Notes: generated by a model not told the origin, from the letters alone. 64,000 nucleotides of DNA from an uncultured virus (IMG/VR IMGVR_UViG_3300031951_000061) (IMGVR_UViG_3300031951_000061); one strand, 5' to 3'; shown: positions 8,966-18,481, counted from the first letter of the stretch. Made by a program: numbers and translations.

Positions 8966-9601
8966 TTTTATAACGTCATTACTAAACTTGTTTTGTTTAT
9001 AAAGCAAATAATTTTCTTTATCTTGTGACTGGCTAGACCATCCACGTAAATATGTTTCATCAACTTCTGTTTTTTTATTATCTGGATGTATGTGTTCCCA
9101 AACTACATCTTCAAAATAGTTTAAGTTATTAACTGCAAGCCCAAGATCTAGCCAAAACTTATCAATGTATGAATGTTTTAACTCTGGCGGAGCCATATAC
9201 CCAAGATGTTTAATAATACTAGAACTTAAGACTGCACATGTTGGAAGTTCTTCTTTTTTATAAAGATCATTTCCATAGGATATTCCAATCCTATCTAATA
9301 ACGGTTTAGTTAATGTTTTATCCCAGGCATAAGTTTTTAACAAGTGGTCATCTCCTATAAAAGCAATAAATTTATAATCATTACAATATTTGCTTGAGAT
9401 AATGTTTAACTTTTCGTTTAACATTAAGGGCTCTAATAGTTCATAAATAACCTTATCAAATCTGGGATAGTTAGACTCATCGTCAGTATCTAATACAAAA
9501 CATAAATCACTAATAACGGAATTTTTAAAAAAATATTCTAAAAATCTTTCCTGATTTTTTGGTCTTCCTCTGGATGGCACTATAACCAACATTTCATTCA
9601 T
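8951..9601 (-). CDS. GT-A (GT2-like) glycosyltransferase
   Basis: LVIVPSRGRP, FIGDDH, WEHIHP. Confidence 0.75.
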   Translation of the reverse strand: MNEMLVIVPSRGRPKNQERFLEYFFKNSVISDLCFVLDTDDESNYPRFDKVIYELLEPLMLNEKLNIISSKYCNDYKFIAFIGDDHLLKTYAWDKTLTKPLLDRIGISYGNDLYKKEELPTCAVLSSSIIKHLGYMAPPELKHSYIDKFWLDLGLAVNNLNYFEDVVWEHIHPDNKKTEVDETYLRGWSSQSQDKENYLLYKQNKFSNDVIKLTNV

Positions 9602-9607
9602 TTAACC

Positions 9608-9637
9608 ATTTTAGCATAAACATTATCATGCTATAAT
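9608..9637. promoter_or_regulatory. divergent extended -10 promoters
   Basis: TGCTAAAAT on - strand (9608-9616) and TGCTATAAT on + strand (9629-9637). Confidence 0.6.
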
Positions 9638-9662
9638 ATTATAAGAGTAAATGGGGAGAACC

Positions 9663-10664
9663 ATGAATATATTAATTACTGGGGTCGCTGGTCTTTTAGG
9701 AAGCAACCTTGCAAGAAGTCTTTCCGATCATAGCATTACTGGCATTGATAGTTTAATTGGTGGGTATGTAGATAACATTCCATCTGAAATTAACTTTATA
9801 AAAAAAGATTGTAATGATTTAACAAAAGAAGATTTTAAAGATATTGAAGTTGTAGTCCATGCAGCATGTACTGCCCATGAGGGTCTTTCTGTATTTTCTC
9901 CTAAGTTTATAACAGACAATACATATGGAAATTCTATGAATGTATTAAGTTGTGCAATTCAGGCTGGTGTAAAAAAGTTTATATTTACATCAAGCATGGC
10001 TAGGTACGGAACACAAGATACCTTGCCATTTACAGAAAACATGACGCCTAAACCACAAGATCCTTATGGAATTGCAAAGCATGCTTTTGAATTAACGTTA
10101 AAAAATCTTTCAAAAACTCATGGTATGGAGTTTGTTATTCTTGTACCACATAATGTTGTGGGTAGTGGACAGAACTATACTGATCCATTTAGAAATGTTG
10201 CTGGCATTATGATTAATAGAATGCTTCAAGGAAAACAGCCAATTATTTATGGAGATGGTAATCAAAAAAGATGTTTTTCTGATATGAGAGATATCATTGA
10301 TCCATTTCACAAAGTTATTTTTTCTGATGTCGCCAATGGAGAAGTAATTAATATTGGTCCAGATGATAATTTTATAACTATTAATGAGTTAGCAAAAGAA
10401 ATAGCCTCTATTATTGGATTTGACTTAGATCCAATTTACTTAGATGCAAGACCTTCTGAAGTAAGATTAGCACATTGTTCTGCTGATAAAGCAAGAAAAT
10501 TGCTTGGATATGAAACAAAGTATGAATTAAAAGAAATATTAACATCAATGATTGAATGGGTAAAACAAAGAGGAACTGGGCCATTTAATTTTAATATACC
10601 AGTTGAAATTCAAAATAACCTAACTCCAAAAACTTGGGTAAATCAAGATATATTTAACAAATGA
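9663..10664 (+). CDS. NAD-dependent sugar epimerase/dehydratase (extended SDR)
   Basis: ITGVAGLLGS, TSS, YGIAK, HNVVG, GDGNQKRCF. Confidence 0.92.
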   Translation: MNILITGVAGLLGSNLARSLSDHSITGIDSLIGGYVDNIPSEINFIKKDCNDLTKEDFKDIEVVVHAACTAHEGLSVFSPKFITDNTYGNSMNVLSCAIQAGVKKFIFTSSMARYGTQDTLPFTENMTPKPQDPYGIAKHAFELTLKNLSKTHGMEFVILVPHNVVGSGQNYTDPFRNVAGIMINRMLQGKQPIIYGDGNQKRCFSDMRDIIDPFHKVIFSDVANGEVINIGPDDNFITINELAKEIASIIGFDLDPIYLDARPSEVRLAHCSADKARKLLGYETKYELKEILTSMIEWVKQRGTGPFNFNIPVEIQNNLTPKTWVNQDIFNK

Positions 10665-11494
10665 AGTATGTAGTTGGTCTTCCTTATAGAATTAAATCTT
10701 TTAAAGATGAACTTATGGAAACTTGTAAGTTAGAAAATGTTTTTGAAATTGATAATACTGAAAACAATATAGGGTTTGCTGCAAGTCATAATTTAGGAAT
10801 TCAAAAAATGTATGATGAAGATGCAGACTGGTATATAGTTATGAGTGCTGCAGTTCGTTTTGGAGAACCTGGTGGCTTAGACTTTATAGAAATATTAGAA
10901 AATACCGACTATGTAATTATTGAGGCCCTTGGAGTTTTTGGATGGCACTTTATTGCTTTTCATAAAACATTAATTGATAAGGTTGGATTTTGGGATACAA
11001 ACTTTACGCCATATGGATATGAAGATTTAGATTATAGTATGAGAATACAAAGAGCATTTTTATTAGATTATAATGATCATTGGAAAAAAATAAAAGAAGA
11101 AAAAACTACATGGAAAAAAGTTAAGATTGATATTAAAGATACAATAATGGGGCATAGCCATAAACTTGGTGGTGTTGATCCAAACATGGGAGAAACAAAA
11201 GAATACTATAATAAAAAATGGGGTAGGTATCCGTCAACTAATGAAGACCCATACAACTCTTACTTTTACCCTTTCAATAATCCAGAAAATGGTTTAAAAT
11301 ATTTTACTAATGACTATTACAATCAGTGGATAAATAATGAATCTAAAAAAGACAAACAAGTCTTTTTTGAAGTAAAAGTTGAATGTAAATGTGGTAATAA
11401 TTTTAAGACGATGTCTGTAAGTGGGGATCTTCAGGTTGATAGTTGTGCTGCCTGCGACTCTTCTGAATTTATGCAGGATGGTACAAAAAAATGA
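10661..11494 (+). CDS. GT2-like glycosyltransferase with C-terminal bL31-like zinc ribbon
   Basis: NIGFAASHNLG, VGFWDTNF..YGYEDLDYSMR; tail VECKCGNNFKTMS..LQVDSCAAC. Confidence 0.75.
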   Translation: MKYVVGLPYRIKSFKDELMETCKLENVFEIDNTENNIGFAASHNLGIQKMYDEDADWYIVMSAAVRFGEPGGLDFIEILENTDYVIIEALGVFGWHFIAFHKTLIDKVGFWDTNFTPYGYEDLDYSMRIQRAFLLDYNDHWKKIKEEKTTWKKVKIDIKDTIMGHSHKLGGVDPNMGETKEYYNKKWGRYPSTNEDPYNSYFYPFNNPENGLKYFTNDYYNQWINNESKKDKQVFFEVKVECKCGNNFKTMSVSGDLQVDSCAACDSSEFMQDGTKK

Positions 11495-12351
11495 ATGAAG
11501 TAAAAGCATTTTTATATTCTGTTAAAGAAGAAGATTGTGCTTCCGACAAATGGGATTATGGATTATTAAAAGAAATCTTTAATAAAAATAAAATTAAACA
11601 AATCAAAACAACAGAACTGCCAGAAATAGAAAAAGCCTTTGTCGTAATTCCTGGCCCACAAAACATTGATTATGAAGAACAGATATCAAATGAATTAAAT
11701 AAAATAAAAAGAGTAGTTCTATTTATCACTGGAGATGAATCTGCTACGTTCAATGTTGATAAAATAAATCATAATAATATTGAGATTTGGGTACAATATC
11801 CTCATAAAAAACATATAAAATATAATAAGTTAGCGCTTGGTGTACCACAACATTTTTCTAAAAACTTGCCACAATATCAAAACAAATCTTACGATGTGTT
11901 TTTTTCTGGTCAAATAACACATCAAAGAAGACAAGAACTTGCAAACGTTATGCCTCAAATAGAAAATTCTTTTTATAATCCAACTAATGGATTTGCTGAA
12001 GGATTAAAACCCAAAAATTATTACGACAAGATGAGTTTATCAAAAATTGTTCCTTGTCCAAGCGGGGCTGAAGTAATAGATTCTTTTAGATTTTATGAGG
12101 CAATTGAAACACTTTGTTTGCCAATAGGTGATAGAATAGATTCAAAGGGTATAAATCCAGATTTTTATAATTTTGTTTTTGGAGATATTCATCCAATAAA
12201 AACTCTTGAAAACTGGAATCACCTGTCAGAATTATTACCAAACTTATTAGAAACATATATGAGCAATATGCATAAAACTGTCTGTTGGTGGATAAAATAT
12301 AAAAGAGATTTATCAATTGAGATTATGAGGCAAGTAAATGCAAAAGTCTGA
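11491..12351 (+). CDS. exostosin/GT47-like glycosyltransferase
   Basis: YDVFFSGQ, KIVPCPSG, SFRFYEA. Confidence 0.65.
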   Translation: MNEVKAFLYSVKEEDCASDKWDYGLLKEIFNKNKIKQIKTTELPEIEKAFVVIPGPQNIDYEEQISNELNKIKRVVLFITGDESATFNVDKINHNNIEIWVQYPHKKHIKYNKLALGVPQHFSKNLPQYQNKSYDVFFSGQITHQRRQELANVMPQIENSFYNPTNGFAEGLKPKNYYDKMSLSKIVPCPSGAEVIDSFRFYEAIETLCLPIGDRIDSKGINPDFYNFVFGDIHPIKTLENWNHLSELLPNLLETYMSNMHKTVCWWIKYKRDLSIEIMRQVNAKV

Positions 12352-13210
12352 TGTAACAATTATTGTTCCAACATCTTATATTCCTAGCCATCCCAGTACA
12401 AAGGTTATAGAAACAACTATAAACAATACAAGATTTCATTTTCCAGACAGTGAGATAATATTACAAATAGATGGAATAAGATCAGAGCAATCAAACTATA
12501 AAAAAGACTATGACGAATATAAAAATAGAGTTTTATGGAAATGCTTACACGAATGGAAAAATGTATTACCAATTATATTTGATGAACATAGCCATCAGAG
12601 CACTATGATGAAAAAAACTATTAACTTGGTTCAAACACCACTAATTCTTTATATTGAAGGAGATTTACCATTAAGAACCGATAGAGATATTGACTGGAAT
12701 AAATGTTTGGATATGTTTGAATATAACAAGGCAAACACAATAAGGTTTTATTTAAGAGAAGAGATGCCACAAGAACATGTTCATATGATGTGTGGTCAAG
12801 AAGATATCTTTATAAAGACTGTTCAGTGGAGTCAAAATCCACATTTAAGTTTTACTAGTTACTATAAGAATATTATTTTGCCAAATATTGGTGAAAGAAA
12901 TTATATTGAAGATGAGTTTTATGGAAAGGCTCAAACTGATTGTGAGTACTTGCCAAACGAAGAAAGAATTGTAGATACTCCATATGTTTTTAAAATTAGA
13001 AACTGGGAAGCGCATAAGATGTTTATTTATTACCCAGATAATGGTCAAAACGTAAGCAGGGTTTTACATTTAGATGGAAGACAAAGCACTAGAAAGTTTA
13101 CCCAAGATGATGAGTTTTGGTCATATACGAGTATTGAAGATGCAAAAAAAATATTAAGTCAGTCTGAGTTATTTAAAGATGATAAAGATATTTTAAGGTC
13201 AATAGAGTGA
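12338..13210 (+). CDS. putative GT-A glycosyltransferase
   Basis: VTIIVPT, ILQIDG, LYIEGD, HLDGR; sits in the glycosylation cluster. Confidence 0.6.
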   Translation: MQKSDVTIIVPTSYIPSHPSTKVIETTINNTRFHFPDSEIILQIDGIRSEQSNYKKDYDEYKNRVLWKCLHEWKNVLPIIFDEHSHQSTMMKKTINLVQTPLILYIEGDLPLRTDRDIDWNKCLDMFEYNKANTIRFYLREEMPQEHVHMMCGQEDIFIKTVQWSQNPHLSFTSYYKNIILPNIGERNYIEDEFYGKAQTDCEYLPNEERIVDTPYVFKIRNWEAHKMFIYYPDNGQNVSRVLHLDGRQSTRKFTQDDEFWSYTSIEDAKKILSQSELFKDDKDILRSIE

Positions 13211-14244
13211 GACTGGGAATTATAGCAAGATCTGACAATACTGGACTTGGCAATCAGACTAAAGAATTGGTTAATATGCTTAATCCAGATAAGATTCTTT
13301 TAATTGACTCTACATCATTTAATAAAAATAAGCAGCATCCAGAATGGTATGAAAAATATAGTTGCATTAGAAGTAATGGTTTTCCATCTATTCAACAGAT
13401 TAAAATGTTTTTAGGGGATGTAGATGTTGTATTAAGTTGTGAAACATTTTATGATCAAAACTTTATAAATTTTGCAAACAAAAGAAATGTAAAAACCATA
13501 CTTCAATATAACTATGAACTATTTGGTCATTTATCAAACCCTAATCTACCACTACCAACAGTACTTTTATCTCCAAGTGTATGGCAAATTGAACATATAA
13601 AAAAAATGTTTGGTGGTCAAACCAAAGTTATCCATCTTCCACCACCAACAAATGAGGAATTATTTAGTAAAGTAAAAGAAAACAATTTATCTAAATCACA
13701 TAACAGAATATTACACATTGCTGGTAAAAAAGCAGCAAAAGATAGAAACGGTACTGAGACTGTAATTAATATGCTTAAGTATTCTAAAGCAGATTATGAG
13801 TTAGTAATTAGAAGTCAAAGTGAAATAGAGACAAATATTAAGGATTCAAGGCTTAAGATTGAAGTAGGCAATCCAGACAATAGGGAAGATATGTATAATA
13901 GTTTTGACGCTATGGTATTGCCAAGACGCTATGCTGGATTATGTTTGCCAATGAATGAAGCCCTATTAAGTGCCCTGCCAGTTTTTATGACTAACATATC
14001 TCCCAATAATTATATTTTACCTTCAGAGTGGTTGGTCAAAAGCGATTCAATCGGAACAATTAGAACTAAGGTTAGACTTGAATTGTTTGAAGCAGATCCG
14101 ATGGCTTTAGCAAAAACAATTGATGACTATATTAATATTAAAGATAAGGTATCTTATAAAGAACAAGCATATAATATTGGAGTTGCAAACTTTTCTCCAG
14201 TTATTTTAAAAGAAAAATATTTAGAACTTATCTCTCAAATTTAG
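13207..14244 (+). CDS. GT4-like glycosyltransferase
   Basis: TGLGNQ; DAMVLPRRYAGLCLPMNEAL..LPV. Confidence 0.8.
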   Translation: MRLGIIARSDNTGLGNQTKELVNMLNPDKILLIDSTSFNKNKQHPEWYEKYSCIRSNGFPSIQQIKMFLGDVDVVLSCETFYDQNFINFANKRNVKTILQYNYELFGHLSNPNLPLPTVLLSPSVWQIEHIKKMFGGQTKVIHLPPPTNEELFSKVKENNLSKSHNRILHIAGKKAAKDRNGTETVINMLKYSKADYELVIRSQSEIETNIKDSRLKIEVGNPDNREDMYNSFDAMVLPRRYAGLCLPMNEALLSALPVFMTNISPNNYILPSEWLVKSDSIGTIRTKVRLELFEADPMALAKTIDDYINIKDKVSYKEQAYNIGVANFSPVILKEKYLELISQI

Positions 14245-14920
14245 TTTTTTGTTTAAACTGAATCTTAAGTATGTTATTCCAAATAATATCAAAAGAACTA
14301 TCTGCGCTAGATAAATATGTGTGATTATCTATATCTAAATTATAAGACTTAAAAACTAAAGGACCTCTAGTATAAACCTTAACATCTTGCATCTCTGACC
14401 CACCAACCTTAAATATATTTCCATACATGGATCTCCATAAAAACTGGTCATTTTTATCTAACACATCTTGCAATTTTTGTTTCTCCATAATCATAGGTAC
14501 GTGCAGTTCATAGTCTAGTGGATCATCAATTCCAATGGCTTTTAATCTTTTGTATGTGGCATTAAGTTTTCTAGTATAGTTAGAATTACCATTTAGTTTT
14601 TGATATAAGTTTATTTTATTTAATAGATATCCGCCATGAAAAGTGTTTATGCTATCTATTTTTTTAATAATATAAAAATCGTCATTCATCAAAACAAATT
14701 CATTAGATATTTGTGGTGAAGAACAGATCATTTTTAAATTCTCTACAGCATTTTTATACTTAGTATATACCTGATGAACCTCAATATAGTTTCCTATGTA
14801 CCAATCAGGCTTACCACCAACAACCCATATATTTGAGTCTGGAAAACTTTCAACGACAGATCTAATAGAATACTTTAACTCTTCGTTAACGCCTTCTTTA
14901 CATATGTATACAAAGTCCAT
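14228..14920 (-). CDS. Stealth-like protein (putative sugar-phosphotransferase)
   Basis: MDFVY, EELKYSIRSV, FVLMNDDFY, LHVP. Confidence 0.6.
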   Translation of the reverse strand: MDFVYICKEGVNEELKYSIRSVVESFPDSNIWVVGGKPDWYIGNYIEVHQVYTKYKNAVENLKMICSSPQISNEFVLMNDDFYIIKKIDSINTFHGGYLLNKINLYQKLNGNSNYTRKLNATYKRLKAIGIDDPLDYELHVPMIMEKQKLQDVLDKNDQFLWRSMYGNIFKVGGSEMQDVKVYTRGPLVFKSYNLDIDNHTYLSSADSSFDIIWNNILKIQFKQKTKFER

Positions 14921-14934
14921 AATTACCCAGTTAT

Positions 14935-14970
14935 AAAAAATAAAGAGGGCAAGTTTTTAAGTTTGCCCTC
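14935..14970 (-). terminator. intrinsic terminator
   Basis: GAGGGCAA/TTGCCCTC stem followed by TTTATTTTTT on the - strand. Confidence 0.8.
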
Positions 14971-14985
14971 CTTATTAAAAACAAA

Positions 14986-15264
14986 CTACTTTTTCTTAGC
15001 AGCCTTTTTTGCTGGAGCCTTTTTAGCAGGTACAATCTTGCTAAGTGCATCTGAAACAGCACCAGTGTCTGGCAATACGCCAAACGCCTTGTCATTAGGA
15101 TTAAGCGCTCTTAATGCGACGGGCGCTAGAGCAGCAACTAATGCAGCCCATAAATCTTTTGGATCTGTTACGCCAGCCATATAAAGTGCAATTACTGAAC
15201 CAAGAACAGATCGTCCGTATGATGCTAGCATTGCCTTTGTCTTATCATTTAGTAAGTTATTCAT
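14986..15264 (-). CDS. small membrane protein, holin-like, with PAKKA-rich tail
   Basis: Two hydrophobic segments, RALNPND..FG; AGGAGG SD before MNNLL. Confidence 0.6.
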   Translation of the reverse strand: MNNLLNDKTKAMLASYGRSVLGSVIALYMAGVTDPKDLWAALVAALAPVALRALNPNDKAFGVLPDTGAVSDALSKIVPAKKAPAKKAAKKK

Positions 15265-15272
15265 TATTCCTC

Positions 15273-15431
15273 CTAGGATATAATTTGTGTTAGTATTGTA
15301 AAACCAATCCACAGCCCAATAATTCCTGCGACTCCCGCAAAAACTGGTGGTGCTGGTACTGGCAATTTGAATGCAGCAAACACGGCACCGCATCCAAAAC
15401 CTGTTAATGTTGATAATAAAACATCTCTCAT
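15273..15431 (-). CDS. XapX/DUF1427-like small membrane protein (not in ORF track)
   Basis: MRDVLLSTLTGFGCGAVFAAFKLPVPAPPVFAGVAGIIGLWIGF. Confidence 0.75.
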   Translation of the reverse strand: MRDVLLSTLTGFGCGAVFAAFKLPVPAPPVFAGVAGIIGLWIGFTILTQIIS

Positions 15432-15432
15432 G

Positions 15433-15792
15433 CTATTTATCTCCTACTGCTGGTGGCAAAAGTGCTAAAAGTTTTTCAGAATACCCATTCAAACCTTTAC
15501 TTTTAAGTTCTTCTGATACTTCTTTAATAGTTTTTTGTGATGTTTCAATATATTCAAAAGCCCAATCTCTAGAATCAGAAAGAAATTTTATAAAATTTTC
15601 TTTATGTATTGCATCATCTGAAAGTGTTATATTATTTTTAACTTGAGAAGCAATTTCCTCTAGTGCTCTATTTTTTATAAAAAGTTCTGCAAGTAAAATG
15701 TTTGATTTTTTTAACTTATCAAATACTGACCAATAGGCTATGCCAAAAGAAAATGAGAGGGTAGCAAAAAATATTATAAACATCATTTCCAT
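15433..15792 (-). CDS. membrane-anchored hypothetical protein
   Basis: N-terminal TM; FIKFLSDSRDWAFEYIE. Confidence 0.7.
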   Translation of the reverse strand: MEMMFIIFFATLSFSFGIAYWSVFDKLKKSNILLAELFIKNRALEEIASQVKNNITLSDDAIHKENFIKFLSDSRDWAFEYIETSQKTIKEVSEELKSKGLNGYSEKLLALLPPAVGDK

Positions 15793-15797
15793 ACTAA

Positions 15798-16286
15798 CTA
15801 TTGTACTCCATCTCTAATGGCATGGGTTGCCCAATAATATAAACATTTATCGCAACAAGGTTTGTTGTGTTCATTTTTAATGTCTTTGTAAAACTCAGCA
15901 TAATAGATAGGATCTTTACGGTATAAGTTAGCCCTATGAGTGATATTTACACGGTCTATGTGAGAGGGCTTGTTCCAGACTGGCTTATCAGTACCCCAAA
16001 TCTGCCCACAAACAGCCTCTAGAGCCTCTATATTGGCTTCGTTCTTATCTGTCCTTATACCCCTTGCCTTAGCCTCTTTAATCATGGCTTTAGCGTATGT
16101 GCGTAATGAATGCTCTGCATTTTTCCACATCAATACCGCTGGATGATTGCGCCAAGCCCCTGATGGGGATTTACCAGACAAAACCTTGAGTATCTGATAG
16201 GCTTCTAATATCTGTTTATTTAATCTTTTATTATCTAATATTTCTGCACACTGATCATAATCTTTATAAGGTAGGAAGGTTTGCAT
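15798..16286 (-). CDS. pyrimidine-dimer DNA glycosylase-like (MSMEG_6728 family)
   Basis: MQTFLPY, LDNKRLNKQILEAYQI, WRNHPAVLMW, HRANLYRKD. Confidence 0.8.
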   Translation of the reverse strand: MQTFLPYKDYDQCAEILDNKRLNKQILEAYQILKVLSGKSPSGAWRNHPAVLMWKNAEHSLRTYAKAMIKEAKARGIRTDKNEANIEALEAVCGQIWGTDKPVWNKPSHIDRVNITHRANLYRKDPIYYAEFYKDIKNEHNKPCCDKCLYYWATHAIRDGVQ

Positions 16287-16411
16287 TAATTTTCTTCTAT
16301 ATCAAAAATGTTTAATTCAGATATTTTTTTTAAATTGGATGCTACCCAAAGTGTCATGGCAGTTAACAAAGATAAGATTATTAGTATTAATATTTTTGTT
16401 TTCTTTTTCAT
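16286..16411 (-). CDS. small membrane protein, 41 aa (not in ORF track)
   Basis: MKKKTKILILIILSLLTAMTLWVAS..; stop/start overlaps on both sides. Confidence 0.55.
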   Translation of the reverse strand: MKKKTKILILIILSLLTAMTLWVASNLKKISELNIFDIEEN

Positions 16412-16539
16412 ATTGTTATCATTGTTCCACATCTTATACAGGCGTTATAACTTTTCCCAGTATATGGGCATGCTCCAGCAGTAATTAATACATGATCTTT
16501 AATTTTACATATAATAATTTTAATTAATTGTTTAATCAT
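16408..16539 (-). CDS. small Cys/His protein, 43 aa (not in ORF track)
   Basis: ICKIKDH..AGACPYTGKSYNACIRCG; overlaps both neighbours. Confidence 0.6.
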   Translation of the reverse strand: MIKQLIKIIICKIKDHVLITAGACPYTGKSYNACIRCGTMITI

Positions 16540-16766
16540 TTAATTGCCTCTCTAGTTATCAAAACAATTGCTCCACAATCTTCTAGTGCTTTTTTAAGTT
16601 TTACAACATATTGAAGTGCTGATATTTTATCATCGTGCCCCATATGTAAAAACTTTTTTTCATCTAATTTTACCGTAAGAAAATGATCGTTGTCAATAAT
16701 CTGCACTCCAAAACCTTTTGGCGCAGGTATAGAATGAACGGCATATCTCATTAAATCTGTATACAT
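16536..16766 (-). CDS. hypothetical protein
   Basis: 76-aa ORF, translationally coupled. Confidence 0.7.
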   Translation of the reverse strand: MYTDLMRYAVHSIPAPKGFGVQIIDNDHFLTVKLDEKKFLHMGHDDKISALQYVVKLKKALEDCGAIVLITREAIK

Positions 16767-17491
16767 TATTTATTAAACCAATTATCATTATCAGAACAAA
16801 CATATTTAATATATTGATTTTTAAACAAACTATACTTTGTATAATATTTAGTTTCTGCAATATTTATAAGCCATTCTTTTACATCTTGTTTAATTTTAAG
16901 ATTTTTAAAATTTTCCATATCTTCTTTACAAGCACTTGCAACATTTTTTGTAATATCTGTACGAATAATATTTTTAAATAAATGAAAAAAATCAGGAAAA
17001 GCATGAATTGCTGGGCCATTATCAGTATAAAGAAAAATACCATTTGGTTTTAAAATTCTTTTTACCTCATAAAAAAACAATGGAAAATTTTGATAGCAAT
17101 GAGAAGATTCTACACTGACGACTATATCAAAATAATTATCTTCGTAGTCTAAACTTTCTGCATTTGAAACTTTAAAATTAATATTTTTATTATTTTTATT
17201 ACAATACTCTATATTTTTTTTATTTAAATCACAAGCATAAATTTCTGTAAAATTAAAGTATTTATTTAAACCTTTTATTCCACCACCTCTACCGCAACCA
17301 ACCTCAAGTATGTTTTTATTTGTAAATTTTAAATTATCAAATAAAGATAAATAAAGACTAAGTTGATTTTTAAAATCTTGATCTTCTTTTTTTATAAAAT
17401 TATATGATGGGTAGTACCCATGATTCATAAAATCAACATTTGTTGATTCAAAAAATGTGTTTAAATCACTATAAAAGTTGTCGTTAGCCAT
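16766..17491 (-). CDS. class I SAM-dependent methyltransferase
   Basis: FMNHGY, ILEVGCGRGGG, FDIVVSVESSHCY, RILKPNG. Confidence 0.9.
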   Translation of the reverse strand: MANDNFYSDLNTFFESTNVDFMNHGYYPSYNFIKKEDQDFKNQLSLYLSLFDNLKFTNKNILEVGCGRGGGIKGLNKYFNFTEIYACDLNKKNIEYCNKNNKNINFKVSNAESLDYEDNYFDIVVSVESSHCYQNFPLFFYEVKRILKPNGIFLYTDNGPAIHAFPDFFHLFKNIIRTDITKNVASACKEDMENFKNLKIKQDVKEWLINIAETKYYTKYSLFKNQYIKYVCSDNDNWFNK

Positions 17492-17495
17492 AATT

Positions 17496-17777
17496 TTATT
17501 CCATTGTTAATGACTGCCAAGTTTCAGACCAGTCTTTTTTAGTTTTATGTTTATTAAATTCTTTTGAAATTTCTCCACCTTCTAAGTATACGCCACCCCA
17601 AACACCCCACTCTTTTCCAGAAATTCCGTTGGCAAAACATATTTTTTTTACTGGACATTGTTTGCAAAGTGCGTCAACATTATACCTAGAATTTTCTTCG
17701 TCTTCATATTTATCAAAATAAATATTTGTATCAAGGCCTAAACATACAGCCTGATCTTTCCATAAATGTTGCTTCAT
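17496..17777 (-). CDS. whiB: WhiB-family Fe-S transcription factor
   Basis: W...AVC, CKQCPVKKIC, WGVWGG. Confidence 0.9.
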   Translation of the reverse strand: MKQHLWKDQAVCLGLDTNIYFDKYEDEENSRYNVDALCKQCPVKKICFANGISGKEWGVWGGVYLEGGEISKEFNKHKTKKDWSETWQSLTME

Positions 17778-18481
17778 TATTTAAATTTCTTTTCTTGTCT
17801 TATAAATTTTTTATAAAATCCAAAAAAATATTTATTTTTTTCCATACTTTTATTTTGTGCTTCTTTAATTAAATCTACCCTTAATTCAGAATCCCAATTT
17901 TCTCTTTTAAATGGTATTATTTGTGCTATAGGAGTTCCTTGTGGAATTAAACCAGTAAAATCTTTTTTTATCCAAAATGAAAATTGTCCAGGCCATGGAA
18001 CACCTTCGTCAACAATTCCACTACTTGAAATAAAGGGTAAATCATTTCTATTAAGTGGATGAGTAATTAGCATGCTATATCCTTTTGGGAGAAGTATTCC
18101 AAAATTTCCTCTCCAAGCATAATGCACTTCACTGCAACCATCTGGAGTTGGTAGTGTACTTAAAACTTTTCCATTATCCCTTACTGCTATTGGATCTGGT
18201 CCAACGTTCCAATTAAAAAAATGTATATTATTTTGTTTTGACACGTAAATATCTTGATGTGTAGATAGCATATATCCAGTAGTTAAAGAATCTAAAAATG
18301 GCATACAGCCTTTAAAAGATATTTGGGGTGGTATAAAATCTTCTTTATTTTCATTTTTTAAAGTTAATTCTTGTTCTTTCCACCAAATTGGTAAAAAATT
18401 TTTTGCTGGTTTTGGCTTTTCTAAATTAAAACTATTGTTTAAATCTATTGATATTGGAACAAACAATATTTTATTTTTCAT
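17777..18481 (-). CDS. dUTPase-fold-like uncharacterised protein, paralog C
   Basis: KGCMPFLD..TGY, PKGYSMLITHPLNRNDLPF, SGIVD, GTPIAQIIPFKR; GGAG SD before MKNKILF. Confidence 0.75.
   Translation of the reverse strand: MKNKILFVPISIDLNNSFNLEKPKPAKNFLPIWWKEQELTLKNENKEDFIPPQISFKGCMPFLDSLTTGYMLSTHQDIYVSKQNNIHFFNWNVGPDPIAVRDNGKVLSTLPTPDGCSEVHYAWRGNFGILLPKGYSMLITHPLNRNDLPFISSSGIVDEGVPWPGQFSFWIKKDFTGLIPQGTPIAQIIPFKRENWDSELRVDLIKEAQNKSMEKNKYFFGFYKKFIRQEKKFK

Noticed and set aside
15265..15393. N-terminal extension of the 135-aa ORF
   Set aside because: It overlaps the XapX-like gene; the AGGAGG SD supports a start at 15264
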